This document shows positions 38,524-50,346 of a stretch of 64,000 nucleotides of DNA, one piece after another. Under the pieces are notes generated by a model, which saw only the letters and a list, made by a program, of their open reading frames with translations, searched no databases and was not told the origin of the DNA. Numbering within the stretch: position 1 is the stretch's first letter; each line of letters opens with the position of its first letter. Source of the DNA: Eledone cirrhosa (lineage: Eukaryota); assembly GCA_964016885.1 (NCBI GenBank), contig OZ024741.1, positions 311,116,001 to 311,180,000 of the forward strand, in the 5' to 3' direction. Made by a program: the position numbers and the translations under genes.

Positions 38524-41234
38524 GGAAGTAGCTTCAGAAAAAACAAAGCCTAATAGGAACTGGTAGCTAAAGTAGAAGAGGTACTTAACAATGGCAGTAC
38601 AGCTGACGTGCTAGCGGCGAAAACGGCACTAGACCAGTTCTTCAACGTGTAACACGAAGGTTGTATTGTCAGAAATAGAACACTACTCTAAGAAACGAGG
38701 GAGCCAAATCTGTTAGCTGGGCCCGAGTGGCAGAGGCGAAAAGTGGCAACAAATCCACAATTCGGTCCTTGCAAGACAAAGATGGATGCATTTTACTTGA
38801 ATCCAAGCAGATGTGCACAGCCTTCCAGCAGCATTTTGCACAACTGTTCGGGCAAAGCGGTACGTCAGGGGAGGTGATGGACTTCAGCTCCTACCTCAAC
38901 GGCGTACCACGACTGTCGAGCACGGATGCGGAGAACTGCGAAAGGCCGATCAAAGCGGGCGAAATAGAAGATACCCTAGGCCTCTGCGGGAAACGCAAAT
39001 CACACGGTTTAGTTGGTCTACCCTATGAGTTTTACATAGGCATTACAGACTTGTTTTCTGGCGTCCTCGAAGCGGTCTACTGCAACTGGCAGCAGAAGGG
39101 GAGGATTCCCAGTTCTGTAGGCAGAGGCGTAGTAACGCTGATCAGGAAAGATTAGAACGAGGGGGATGAGATTAGCAATTTCAGACCCATAACTGCTGAA
39201 CACAGAGTTAAAGATTTTGGCAAAGGTGTTAGCAACGAGGTTGGGGCTAGTCGTCATGAACCTGGTAGGGGAAGCGCAAACGTGTGCAATCCCGACCAGG
39301 TCCATACACGACAACCTCCACCTCATGCGATACACCATAGAGAGGGTAGGGTGATAACCTGCCTTCGGTGGGGCTCTGATCAATTTAGATCAGTGTAAGG
39401 CATTTGATAGGCTTGATACATCAATACTTAGAAGCGGTTCTCAAGGCGGCCGGCGTCGGTCCCGTCTTCATAGGCTGGATCGCTGCCATGCACACAAGCA
39501 TCTGCACGGCAATCAAGGTGAATGGCTACCTATCGGAGCCATTCCAAATCATGCGTTCCATCCGTTAAGGGTGCACTCTTTCCTCCTTCCTGTATGTAAT
39601 GACTCTCGAGCCATTACTGCGGAAGTTGGAGCTGTTGCAGGGCATCACGATCGAACCGGGACTGGGGAAAGCAGCATCGCCCTATTCCCGACGACATAAC
39701 CGTAATGGTGTCGAAAAGCTCGGACATCGGGGTAATCGGCAACCTATTGCAGGAATACGAAACTTTGAGAGGAGCAAGAATCAATCCAAACAAGTCTGTC
39801 GGTTTACAACTCGGCACAGGACGAGGCAAACCCATGCCTTCTGACAGTCTTGTTGGACGCTGGACGGAAGGACCGGTGAAATTGCGCGGAGTCTGGTTTC
39901 TTCCAGACCCCCAGGTAGACAAGAACTGGAACGAGATCACAGCGAAGGAGTTTGCACTCACCTAGAAGTGGGCTGAGTGCAAACTCTCCTTGAAAGGTCG
40001 AGCGGAGGTGGCGAACACGTACATAGCGTCCGTCATCTACTACCGCTTGACTGTCCTGCCTTGTCCCCGCGAATACCTCACCAAAATATAACGCCTACCC
40101 TTCACATTCCTCTGGAAGAAACAGGCTCCATTGGTGAGGAGATCCTTTTAACGTGGTTGATGAAACCGTACACACGCGCTGAGGCTACGCCATCTCCAGG
40201 TGTTCTTGACTGGCGAACCGGTGTGGCTAACAGAGCTGCAGTCCTGTTTCAAGCGAAGACCGAAAATGGGCGCCTGGCATCTCGAGTGCCTTCAGGCGCT
40301 CACAGCCCTCTACCAAGCGGAAACGGCAATCAGCAGAGACTCGACTTCGACATTCTGTAGGGGATTAGTGGAGGATAAGTGTGACGACGTTTTCGGGAAA
40401 ACTCTAGGCATCGTGGAAGACTAACTGACCAGTCTGTTCGGGAGGACTTTCCGTCCAGGGTCTATGGATAACTTCCAGAGGTCTCTTGCCTGGCAGTGCT
40501 ACCGAGGAGCTCTACGAGTTCGAGACAAAATCTACAGGCACGCACGCCCTGGAAGAGATCCTGCGAAAATGATCTGTACAAGATGCGTGTAGGACATCGA
40601 AACCGTTCTGCATACAATTGTTCAGTGCCCAGGGGTGACCGACCTGTGGAATTTTGTCGAACAGCTACTGTCACGTGTAGGACGCAGCCAATTGTCAGCT
40701 GAGTCCATCGTGAGGATCACTCCGCCGCCTTCATTTAAGAATGAAGGAGAGGCGGTCTTCCTCTGTCTGGAGGCTATGGCGAAAGAGTTAATATGATGGA
40801 CGAGGTTAAAACCACTAAGGGCAAGCACCTTTCTCTCCGGACAACAACTCATCCTCTTCTTTAAGTACCACTTCAGAATGAAGGTGAGAGTGGATAGAGA
40901 GGTGCTACACACCAGTAAATTCACTGAAAGGCGGGTGAATTTGGCCAAAATAGCCTGAGTGAATGGGCCATCTCTGTATATAAATCTGTAGGTTGAGGAA
41001 GATAAACAGAGGGAAGACGGGAACACCTACAAAACGTGTTCCTGGTGATGAGGATTGTTCTATCCACGGGGTGTAAAACAACCCAGCAGTAGCGTCCCCC
41101 ACCCCCTAATGGGGATTTCAATTGTTTTATTTTTATATAGTTTATTGTTATTTATCATTGTTAAAGCTTGTATATAAAACCCCCGCCGTCACGTCATATA
41201 ATGTCCCATTTTTGTACGCCCCTGTGGCAAATAA

Positions 41235-41238
<4 letters not shown>
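38524..41238 (+). mobile_element. 5'-truncated, degenerate L1/Tx1-clade LINE
   Basis: KSHGLVGLPYEFY, FRPITLLNTELKILAKVLATRL (frameshifted), LDQCKAFDR, GCTLS.FLYVMTLEPLL, PDDIT, GARINPNKS, zinc-knuckle remnant at ~40570-40630; aataaa just before the TA array. Confidence 0.88.
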
Positions 41239-41274
<36 letters not shown>

Positions 41275-41501
41275 GAAAAGTATAGAAATTGTTGGAGCGA
41301 GAACCTAACAGTATTCCATAACATATTCTATATATATATATATATATATCAAAATTATTTTTGAAAAGCATTAGAAATGCGCAACCGGTAAAACTTGAAA
41401 CCAAAACTGAATACTAACCAATACGATTACTAATTCTCACTTATTCCTAATTAAACTATTTTTCACTGTGAACAATTTGTCAGCATTTTCTTTTCAGTTT
41501 A

Positions 41502-41590
<89 letters not shown>

Positions 41591-41766
41591 GTTAATATAA
41601 ATTAATATATTTGATAAACACAACACAAATATCAACATATATGTTGATATTTGCGTTTATCAAATATATTGATTTATATTAACCTGTATTACACGGCCCA
41701 GAAATACTCTTTCTTTGACCTATTTCATTGTAAAAGACTGCCTGAGATTTGAACTCATTATTATAG

Positions 41767-41800
<34 letters not shown>

Positions 41801-41900
41801 ATATTAAAGTTTCCGTTGAAAATTGAAAAAGTCATAGGAGTGAAGAGTGTTCTATGTAAGTTACAGAGCTAAATTTAAATAAATAAATGTATAATAAAAA

Positions 41901-41974
41901 TTGCCTTGTCTGACGAACGTATGCGGACGTTTCTTGTATTCGTCTTATTCCGGAAGCCTCTGGTAATGAGGTAA
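41901..41974 (+). ncRNA. Degenerate hammerhead-like motif
   Basis: ttgccttgt CTGACGA ..cc GGAA gcctctgg TA atgaggtaa; 9-bp stem I (with G-U pairs), GAAA mutated. Confidence 0.4.
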
Positions 41975-42008
41975 TTATATTGTATTGTTTATTATACATT
42001 ATATATAT

Positions 42009-42065
<57 letters not shown>

Positions 42066-42122
42066 AAAAAAAGGAAAAGAATGAGTTCACCTGTAGTGTT
42101 AAAAATTTATGATTTAATGTTA

Positions 42123-42307
42123 TAATTGTTTCTACTTTAGGCACAAGGCCAGCAATTAACCAGTGCATTACTGGTACTTTATTTTATCGACCCCGTAAGG
42201 ATGAAAGGCAAAGTCAACCTCCGCGGGATTTGAACTCAGATCGTAAAGGGACGTAACTATGCTGGAAAGCATGGCGTCCGACCCTCTACCGATACTGCCA
42301 ATCCACT
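42123..42307 (-). mobile_element. tRNA-derived SINE
   Basis: Near-perfect reverse complement of 10965-11152. Confidence 0.9.
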
Positions 42308-42424
42308 ATAATATTATAATATTATGAGATCCAGTAAGTTTTTTGTTAATTTCGGTGGGTGAGAATTTTAGAGATTCCTGTTTAACTTGGGTTGGAGAAC
42401 TTTCGTCTGTCTGATTTCAGTTCA

Positions 42425-44145
42425 ACAATCGCCACAGCAACTATCCCCGACGTTCCAGCGGCGTTAACATTTTTCATTTCCTTAATTGCCTCTTGGACCC
42501 TGTATTGGTCAATCTCAATAGCTGGTCCCTCTCTAAGTTCTACTGGGGATAATTTATCTCTCTCCCATTCGTACTCCACATTCATCAGTCTCTCATAATG
42601 ACATTTCCAGGCATCCTTTTTTTCTGATCTTTCGTGACACTAAGTACACCAGCATCAGTATTCTCATAAATTGCCACAAAGTTAAAGGGGATGCTCTGGA
42701 GAGGAGCAATTATAGGGGCATAAAACTGATGGATTTATGTTATGAAAGTGCCAGGAAGAATATTAGCGCAATTAATCAGAGAAAGGGTCAAATGAGATGA
42801 GATGCAGTTTGGTTGTGGAAAAATTACAACAGATGCCCTCTTCTCAGTGAGACAACTACAAGAGAGGTTCTTAGAGAAGAATAAGCCATTATACTTAGCT
42901 TTTGTTGACTTAGCGAAGGCCTTTGATAGCGTACCCCGATGTGTCATCTGGTGGTCGCTAAGGAAACTAGGTGTAGAGGAATGGCTTGTGACGACAGTGT
43001 AAGCTATGTACAGGGGTGCTGTCGGTAAAGTGAGGGTAGGAATGGAGTTTAGTGAGGAATTCCAGATACAATTAGGAGTTCATCAGGGTTCAGTCCTCAG
43101 CCCACTCTTGTTCATTATAGTCCTTGAAGCGATAACAGAGGATTTTAAGAATGGCTGCCCTCGGGAGCCTCTCTATGTTGACGATCTGGTACTGGTAGCA
43201 GAATCAGTAGAGGAGATAAAGAATAAATTCTAGCTATGGAAAATGCATTTGGAATCAAGAGGTCTGAGAGCGAACATATCTAAGACAAAAGTGTAGGTAA
43301 GTAGAAAAGAGGACAAAACTCTGATTCGATGATTCGATCAGGCAAATGGCCATGTTCCATATATAGAAAAGGAGCTCGTATAAATTCTACAAAATATACA
43401 CAAGAATGCAGATCTTGGGTACACAAGAGATGTAGTGGGATAGCAGGCAAACTAACAGGTAGGGAAAACTACGTATGCTGTAGATGAACAGGGAAATTTG
43501 TCAGTAGAAATCGCAGTGATAGGCACATTTATAAAATGCAGGTGGGTTCTATAGAAGTGGTTGATAGCTTCCAGTACGTAGGTGATCAGATTAGCATGGA
43601 TGGGGTGTTCCTAGGCCATAGTATCTAGAATAAGGACGTGTTGGAAGAAGTTTAGGGAGCCGATTCCTCTGTTGACAAAGAAAGGTTTCTCCCTGGGTAC
43701 GAAAGGCTGGTTATATGATGAATGTGAGATGCCCGATGCTGCATAGTAGTGAGACATGTGCAATAACTACGGAGGATATGAAGCAAGCATGCTCCGTTGT
43801 ATGTGCAATGTGCGTAAACGACCAAGCATATATGAGTTGAGCGAGAAACTGTATAAGAGGGATAAGTTGTGGTGTGTAGGAGAGAAGATTGCGATGGCAT
43901 GGACATTTGATGCGCATAGAGGATGACCGCTGAGTAAAGAAGTGCCAAGAAATCCCAGTAGAAGGAAGACGCGGTAGAGGAAGACTACGAAAAACAAGGG
44001 CGGAGTTGGTGAGAGCAGACCTCATATCGCTGAAGCTCACGGAAGGGATGTCGAAGGGCCGTGACAAGTGGAAAGATGTTGTGCTGAATAGGATCCGTCC
44101 CATGCTTGCAAGCAGGCAAAAGCGGACATAAAATTATGATGATAT
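42425..44145 (+). mobile_element. RTE/RTE-X-type LINE fragment with inverted 5' segment
   Basis: Plus strand KGDALERSNYRGIKL, MQFG, LYLAFVDLAKAFD, GVHQGSVLSPLLF, LYVDDL, RLRWHGHLMR, GRRGRGR, (GAT)n tail. Minus strand 42425-42665 encodes the preceding AWKCHYERLMNVE..AIKEMK..AAGTSGIVA. Confidence 0.88.
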
Positions 44146-44294
44146 ATATATATATATATATATAATACTATTTATAATTATGTATATAGTATAAACAACT
44201 ATAAACAGGAAGGTCAGTAATTTCTTATTACCTTATTACCAGTAAGAGAAATAGCTCAATGTATGAACATCAGTTGTTTTACAGAGCAGGAAAA

Positions 44295-44333
<39 letters not shown>

Positions 44334-44367
44334 ATTATACAATTATCAAAGTTGTGTTGAAATCATT

Positions 44368-44421
44368 TAATAGCTAACAATCGTTTCTTCCAAACTCTTT
44401 TTTGGAGTCATCGGAGCATTA
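44368..44421 (-). ncRNA. Hammerhead-like motif with CCGAUGA core (inverted copy)
   Basis: Reverse complement taatgct CCGATGA c tccaaa aaagag tttgga a GAAA cgattg TT agctatta. Confidence 0.55.
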
Positions 44422-44765
44422 TCAATGTTTGCACATATAATTACCCTCCTATTCAACTGAACAATATTATAGATACATATAAATTGATGTTGTGAGCAAC
44501 AGTATCGTATTTACAGGGTGGAATGGATATGACATATATTTTACGAGAATTGTACAATAATTGTACAATTATTCAAGTTCAAATTAAAATTAAAATCAAA
44601 AGCACGGATTGGAATACATGCAACGGATAAAACAATATTTACTTAAAGTGCAGTTTTTATTCATCTATATATGCATAATAGCTTTGCTTGTCTCCTTCTC
44701 ATGTATATGACTAACGCAGTTACACTCTCCACACGCCTGCATATAATTATATGTGCAAACATTGA

Positions 44766-44819
44766 TAATGCTCCGATGATACCAAACGCGGGTTTGGAAG
44801 AAACGATTGTCAGCTATTA
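44766..44819 (+). ncRNA. Hammerhead-like motif with CCGAUGA core
   Basis: taatgct CCGATGA ta ccaaac gcgg gtttgg aa GAAA cgattg TC agctatta; canonical GUC cleavage triplet. Confidence 0.6.
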
Positions 44820-44858
44820 AATGATTTGAACACAACTTTGATAATTATATAATTTATT

Positions 44859-44893
<35 letters not shown>

Positions 44894-44927
44894 TATTAAT
44901 AAAATAGATGTTCTTTTGATCAATTAC

Positions 44928-44980
44928 ATTTTATTATACATATTTCGGATGTACAACAGTACGTCCTCATCAGACAAAAT
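44928..44980 (-). ncRNA. Minimal type I hammerhead ribozyme (family F); mirror copy 45089-45141 (+) has core CTTATGA
   Basis: Reverse complement attttgt CTGATGA ggacgtac tgtt gtacatcc GAAA tatgta TA ataaaat. Confidence 0.85.
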
Positions 44981-45283
44981 ATAATGATACATGACATACC
45001 CTGAGATGTTAAATGGTTCAGATTTAATCAAGGTACCTTGTTTAAATCTTAACCATTTAACATCTCAGAGTATGTCATGCATCATTATATTTTGTCTTAT
45101 GAGGACGTACTCTTGTACATCCGAAATATGTATAATAAAATGTAATTGATCAAAAGAACATCTATTTTATTAATACTTATATTAATAACTCCTGAAAATT
45201 ATTTTTTCCGTTCAGTGTTTCCAATCTACTGTAAAAATCATACTTTGACATTATCATCGATTATTGTTTAACAATTTAATACT

Positions 45284-45315
<32 letters not shown>

Positions 45316-45348
45316 CACACACATGAATATATATATGCATATATAAAC

Positions 45349-45395
<47 letters not shown>

Positions 45396-45581
45396 CATAT
45401 ATATAATATATATATATACATATATATACATATCTCTTTTACTCTTTTACCTGTTTCAGCCATCCGGCTGAGGCCATGCTGGGGCACCGCCCCATATATA
45501 TATATATATATATAATATATATATATATATACATATATATATACATACATGTATACATATATATATAACACATATATACAT

Positions 45582-45636
<55 letters not shown>

Positions 45637-45763
45637 TAGGAATAACCAAAGAGTACTTAGAAATACATTGTTTTATTAGCTAACATTGTTTCATCCATGC
45701 ACCATGGCAGGAATCATCAGAACCTATAAACATGAGTATATCAATAGTTGTATGCTGAATCGA

Positions 45764-45800
<37 letters not shown>

Positions 45801-45884
45801 GGACGTTCAACTTTCGTCAAATCGGACCGAGGAAACAGTGTTTTCATCGGTCTTTTCAGTTGCTAGTACTATATATCGGTCGCA

Positions 45885-46008
45885 ACTCCAGGAGGAAGGA
45901 GCAACGTGAAATAAAGTGTGTTGCTCAAGGACATAACGTATCGCCCAATCCAGGAATCGAACTCACAACCCCAAGATTGTGAATCCAATTCTCTTACCAC
46001 TCAGCCAT
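45885..46008 (-). mobile_element. Second tRNA-derived SINE family (CORE-like body)
   Basis: Minus strand tggctgagtgg (A box), gagttcgattcc (B box), tgtccttgagcaacacact. Confidence 0.7.
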
Positions 46009-46198
46009 ATATATGGAAATAAAGAAGTCTTTCAGAAAGTATATTTACAAAATTCATTAATTTCATCGGTTTCCCAAAATCATGATTTAAAAAAAAAATT
46101 TAAGAGTGAAAGAGAGATGCGTGGCAATGCTGATTATATATATATATATATATATATATATTTACTTATGTGTACGTGCTTTTTCCACACAAATTCGG

Positions 46199-46253
46199 AC
46201 TTCCTGAAGAGGTCACAGCCAATAATAACTGTCACCGAAATATATATAGCAGT
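46199..46253 (+). ncRNA. Minimal type I hammerhead ribozyme (family D)
   Basis: acttc CTGAAGA ggtcacag ccaataataa ctgtcacc GAAA tatata TA gcagt. Confidence 0.8.
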
Positions 46254-46592
46254 AAATTTATAATTAATAAAAAACGAAGCCAAATTTTACATATTTGACT
46301 TACTTATTTTATTTACTTATATATATATATATATGGAAATAAAGAAGTCTTTCAGAAAGTATATTTACAAAATTCATTAATTTCATCGGTTTCCCCAAAT
46401 CATGATTTAAAAAAAAGATTTAAAAAATTTTTTTTTTTTAAATCATGATTTTGGGAAATCGATGAAATTAATGAATTTTGTAAATATACTTTCTGAAAGA
46501 CTTCTTTATTTCCATATATATATATATAAGTAAATAAAATAAGTAAGTCAAATATGTAAAATTTGGCTTCGTTTTTTATTAATTATAAATTT

Positions 46593-46647
46593 ATTGCTAT
46601 ATATATTTCGGTGACAGTTATTATTGGCTATGACCTCTTCAGGCAGT
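46593..46647 (-). ncRNA. Minimal type I hammerhead ribozyme (family D, mirror copy)
   Basis: Reverse complement actgc CTGAAGA ggtcatag..ctgtcacc GAAA tatata TA gcaat. Confidence 0.8.
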
Positions 46648-47129
46648 CCGAATTTGTGTGAAAAAAGCACGTACACATGTTGTTGAAGAGTGTTTCACTC
46701 AGTCAGTAGTACATCGATATATCCAGATGCTGGGTGTGTTGTTAGTCCTCCGAGGAACAGGAATCATATGGGCTATACCCAACGAATTTCAGCATCATAG
46801 GACACGCTCGTATCCCATTGGTCAGTTGTGAGACCACTGCTCAGTCAAAAGTCTATAGAAATTCTTCTGAGGCAGTTAAAACCTGTTATAGTTGTTTTTG
46901 TCAGAATGTTTAAGTACAACTGACCTCCTTCACTGTGTTGGCAGTGGTAGTGGTGTTAAGAGGTCAGCTAGCAGGGCAACTTCAGTATATTGCTGCTATG
47001 GTCTGAACAATTTATGTGTGTGACGGACATCTATCCTGCCACCATTTCACGTGGTGGGGTATGCAGAACAAATATAGAATGCGTGTGTGTTACAACCAAT
47101 ATAAAAAATTTGAAAAATTTAAACTGAAA

Positions 47130-47580
47130 TAAAAGCCCTGTGTGTCAGAATTGAGAAGTGTAAAGAATTACAATTCTTATTCTAGCATAGAGTACGTACG
47201 TGTGATTGTCCGTCAGCGCGCACCATTGCGCGTGCACACGTATAAACACAGACTCGGTGCATTCACCTATTTACGTCCACACAGTCCAACTAAAGATGGG
47301 TGCTTTTTAAAAACAAATGAGGAAAACGTGAAGGGAAAAAATACCAAAAAACCTGTGTCTCAAAATCCAGAAGTGTAAAGGACTACAATTCTTATTTCAG
47401 CATAAAGTACATATGCGTGTATGTTTGTCAACATACACCGTTGCGAGCACACACGCAAAAACACAGGCTTAGGTGCATTCCCATATTACGTCTACACGGT
47501 CACAGACGCGCATACATGCACGCATACACATAAGTCTATTTACGCCAACATGTGGATACATCCACACGGACAGAGGGTCA
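47130..47580. repeat. Two diverged ~220-bp tandem units
   Basis: cctgtgt.tca.aat..agaagtgtaaag.a.tacaattcttatt..agcata.agtac at ~47137 and ~47352. Confidence 0.6.
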
Positions 47581-47599
47581 AAGTCACCCCTGGAGGTGG

Positions 47600-49478
47600 G
47601 AAGAGGGGTGAGTGGTAGTAATAGGCGCGTCATATTTATTTGTGGTATTTATCCCTGACTCATGCGTGCGAAAGGGTTTGGGTTCGCGCAGGATATCCTC
47701 CAGGTATTCGGGTCACAAGCCGGGGTTGGGCGTTGGGGCCCGTTGGTCGGACACTTGGGGTGTCTGTTTGTCCGGGGGGGGGGGGAATCCGCCGACGTAC
47801 GTCGTCTATCTATATCATCTAGTGTCAGCTAACTTGAGTTCTGGTTAAGGAAGTGAGAGAGTGGAGTTGACCACAACGGTGAGGCATGGTTTTAGCTGCT
47901 AGGGCGGTGTGTTGCTATAGGAGTCGATCGAGGCGGGAGTAGAGTTGGGGAGTGTATAGAATGTGGTTCACCTTGGGCTTGAATGACGGGGCTGCTGTCC
48001 ATATAACTTGAGGGAAGTTCCCATCCAAATGGTTTGTTATCCTTATAGCTTGAGGAAGGTTCCGGCTCTGGGTTGTCTACGTGTACCAAACAAGTCGGTC
48101 CTGAGGTTGATTAGGCTGCTCCCACCACTGAGTATCTCAAGGATCTCGCTCAGCCATAGGTTGCAGATGCCAGATACCCCTCTATCTGACGGCACTTTTC
48201 TGAATTTGGATCAGGCCAGAGAGTACGGGGTCCTGTCCAGCTTGAGCTTCCACATCAGTTCCGAAAGATCCGTACTTTTCCTTTTGCCCTATCTATTAAA
48301 GGAATGGCGATGGTTATTCCATCTGTCCTTGAAGCTCTTTGATGTGGATCCCATGTAAAGGTGCCCAGAGTTCGGGTCTTTAACTCTACATCCGTATACT
48401 AAGTTCTTCATGACGCATTCATTAATAAGGGGGCATAATGGGGTTCTGCATTTTCAGGAGGTGCTCGCCCCCTGAGTGCCTATTGTGGCGTTCCTGTTGC
48501 GTAGTATGGGGCACTCTGCCCCTGTTCTCGGTGGGGGGCTCCTGGGTTTGTTTGGGTTCCCAGGGTGAGTACCGGGTCCACCATTCCTCCCCTCCACATG
48601 GCTCTGCTGTGTGCTTATATTGCTAGCTGGTGGTTGTGTGTAGTTTCTAAGTGTACTCCTATTGTTGCTAGCTATGTGCTGGGCTACGTTGCGCGTGGTA
48701 GAATAGGAGAGCTTTACAGTGTGTCTGTTGAAGATCTTGAGGTACCTGTGGTCCCTCGGGAAGCATTTATCTAGTGCCCTAAAAAATGACCGGGCCAGGC
48801 TGGTCTCTAGGTCGGCTGAGTAGGGTGGGTTGTACCACGTAATTTTTCTTAGTCTATTTCTATGTGGGTGGGTTGAGCGTGCTGTTGGCTGTTGGGAAGT
48901 AGTTGGGTTGCTACTGGTTCCCGCATTGTTGATTCCCCTTTGGGCGCTATCCATTTTGCTAGCTTTTCGGCCCGAACCTTTGAGGTGGTGTGTGCCCACG
49001 CTGAGAGTTCTACAATGGGATGATCCTTCATCAGTCCCGCTTCGTGTCTTGCGGTTGGGGGCGTCGGGCCCGAGGTGCTTAGTATCACCCCTGAGACCAC
49101 CTCGCGTACTGGGTTTTCTCCCATGGCTAGGCGTATGTGTCCTTTTCTCTAATGTGCTGGTGCCGGGTTCATGGAGTTTAGAGGATACCACTCTGACTGC
49201 ATTGTTAGGAATCCCTCCTCCCGGATAGCGTGGTCGGGGGGTTCGATTGTCTATCCCTATCATGGCGCCTCGGATTCTAAGATATAATTTGGCCTTGGGC
49301 CGCCTTTTTTAGAGCTGCGTTATAATACTCTGCGTTGCTATCGAAGATCTCCTTATTGGCGGACAGATTGGAGATCCCGACCGAGACACTCTTGACTACG
49401 GCCTTAATTATGGATCTAGGGTGGTTTGTCTTGACGTTAACATATACCATCGATGTATTAACAGAGTGAAATACTTCA
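47600..49478 (-). mobile_element. 5'-truncated PLE: RT thumb, linker, GIY-YIG, 3' UTR
   Basis: YVNVKTNHPRSIIK..ISNLSANKEIF..YYNAAL; RKITWYNPPYS..KCFP..KIFNRHTVKLSYST; CPLINEC..LVYGC..YMGSTSKSFKDRW (~48100-48450). Confidence 0.9.
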
Positions 49479-49514
49479 CAAATATGTATACCTGTCTTTT
49501 TCACACCAATTCGG

Positions 49515-49568
49515 ACTGCCTGAAGAGGTCACAGCAATAATAGCTCTCACCGAAATATATATAGCAGT
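49515..49568 (+). ncRNA. Minimal type I hammerhead ribozyme (family D) in solo pLTR 49480-49730
   Basis: actgc CTGAAGA ggtcacagc..gctctcacc GAAA tatata TA gcagt. Confidence 0.78.
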
Positions 49569-49741
49569 ACATTTATAATTTATAATAATCGAAGCCAAAT
49601 TTTACATATTTGAATTACTTATTTTATTTTACATTACTCCAGAGTAAACAAACCAACCTGCGTAATTCGTAGAGTGCTCCAATCTGCATACTGAGGTGTC
49701 GGTAACCAACCAACATATACTCAGAAAGAAAATATATATAT

Positions 49742-50003
49742 ATAAAAGTCAGCTCAAAAGTGACACAGAGAAGACTGAGGTTGGCTGGACATGCTCACCG
49801 ACATCCAGAGTTGACATTGCACTCAGTGCTCCTTTGGGAGCCCCTACATGGACACACTAGAAGAGGAAGACCAAGGTTAACATATGTTGATGCCCTAAGG
49901 ACAGACATTGGTCTGTTGGAGATGCAGGATATGGCAGCGATAATGAGGGACAGAGACCGCTGGAGAGAACTCGTCCATGGATCTCGGGAATTTTACCCGC
50001 CTT

Positions 50004-50005
<2 letters not shown>
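49742..50005 (+). mobile_element. 3' end of an RTE-like LINE
   Basis: RRLRLAGHAHRHPE..LLWEP..RRGRPRLTYVD..DRDRWR. Confidence 0.85.
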
Positions 50006-50062
<57 letters not shown>

Positions 50063-50232
50063 AAGAGTGAAGAGTAACATGGTCAACAGTACAAAAAAGG
50101 GTTTTATTTACATTATTAACAGTTTCATTGATTAGGTTGGTAATCACTTGCAGTTGTGTGACTCAACCTTCAATGCAGTGTATGCTTAATCAAATCATCG
50201 AAATAACTGGAATAACTGCATCGGAATAACTG

Positions 50233-50346
50233 CACTTATTCCGATGAATTGATTGGGCATAGATGGTATTGAATGTTGAGTGACAACACCCTCAAGTGAT
50301 TAGCAACCTTTAAACATCCTAATCAGTGAAACAATTGTTAATACTG
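50233..50346 (+). ncRNA. Hammerhead-like motif with CCGAUGA core and extended stem II; further copies 50111-50209 (-) and 50562-50660 (+, truncated)
   Basis: cacttatt CCGATGA attgattggg [~60 nt] cctaatcagt GAAA caattg TT aatactg. The 50562 copy has cagttatt and ttgattagg/cctaatcaa. Confidence 0.55.

Noticed and set aside
46680-47075. Higher-GC stretch that might be an LTR-retrotransposon integrase remnant
   Set aside because: No convincing motif in any frame by eye; left uncalled.
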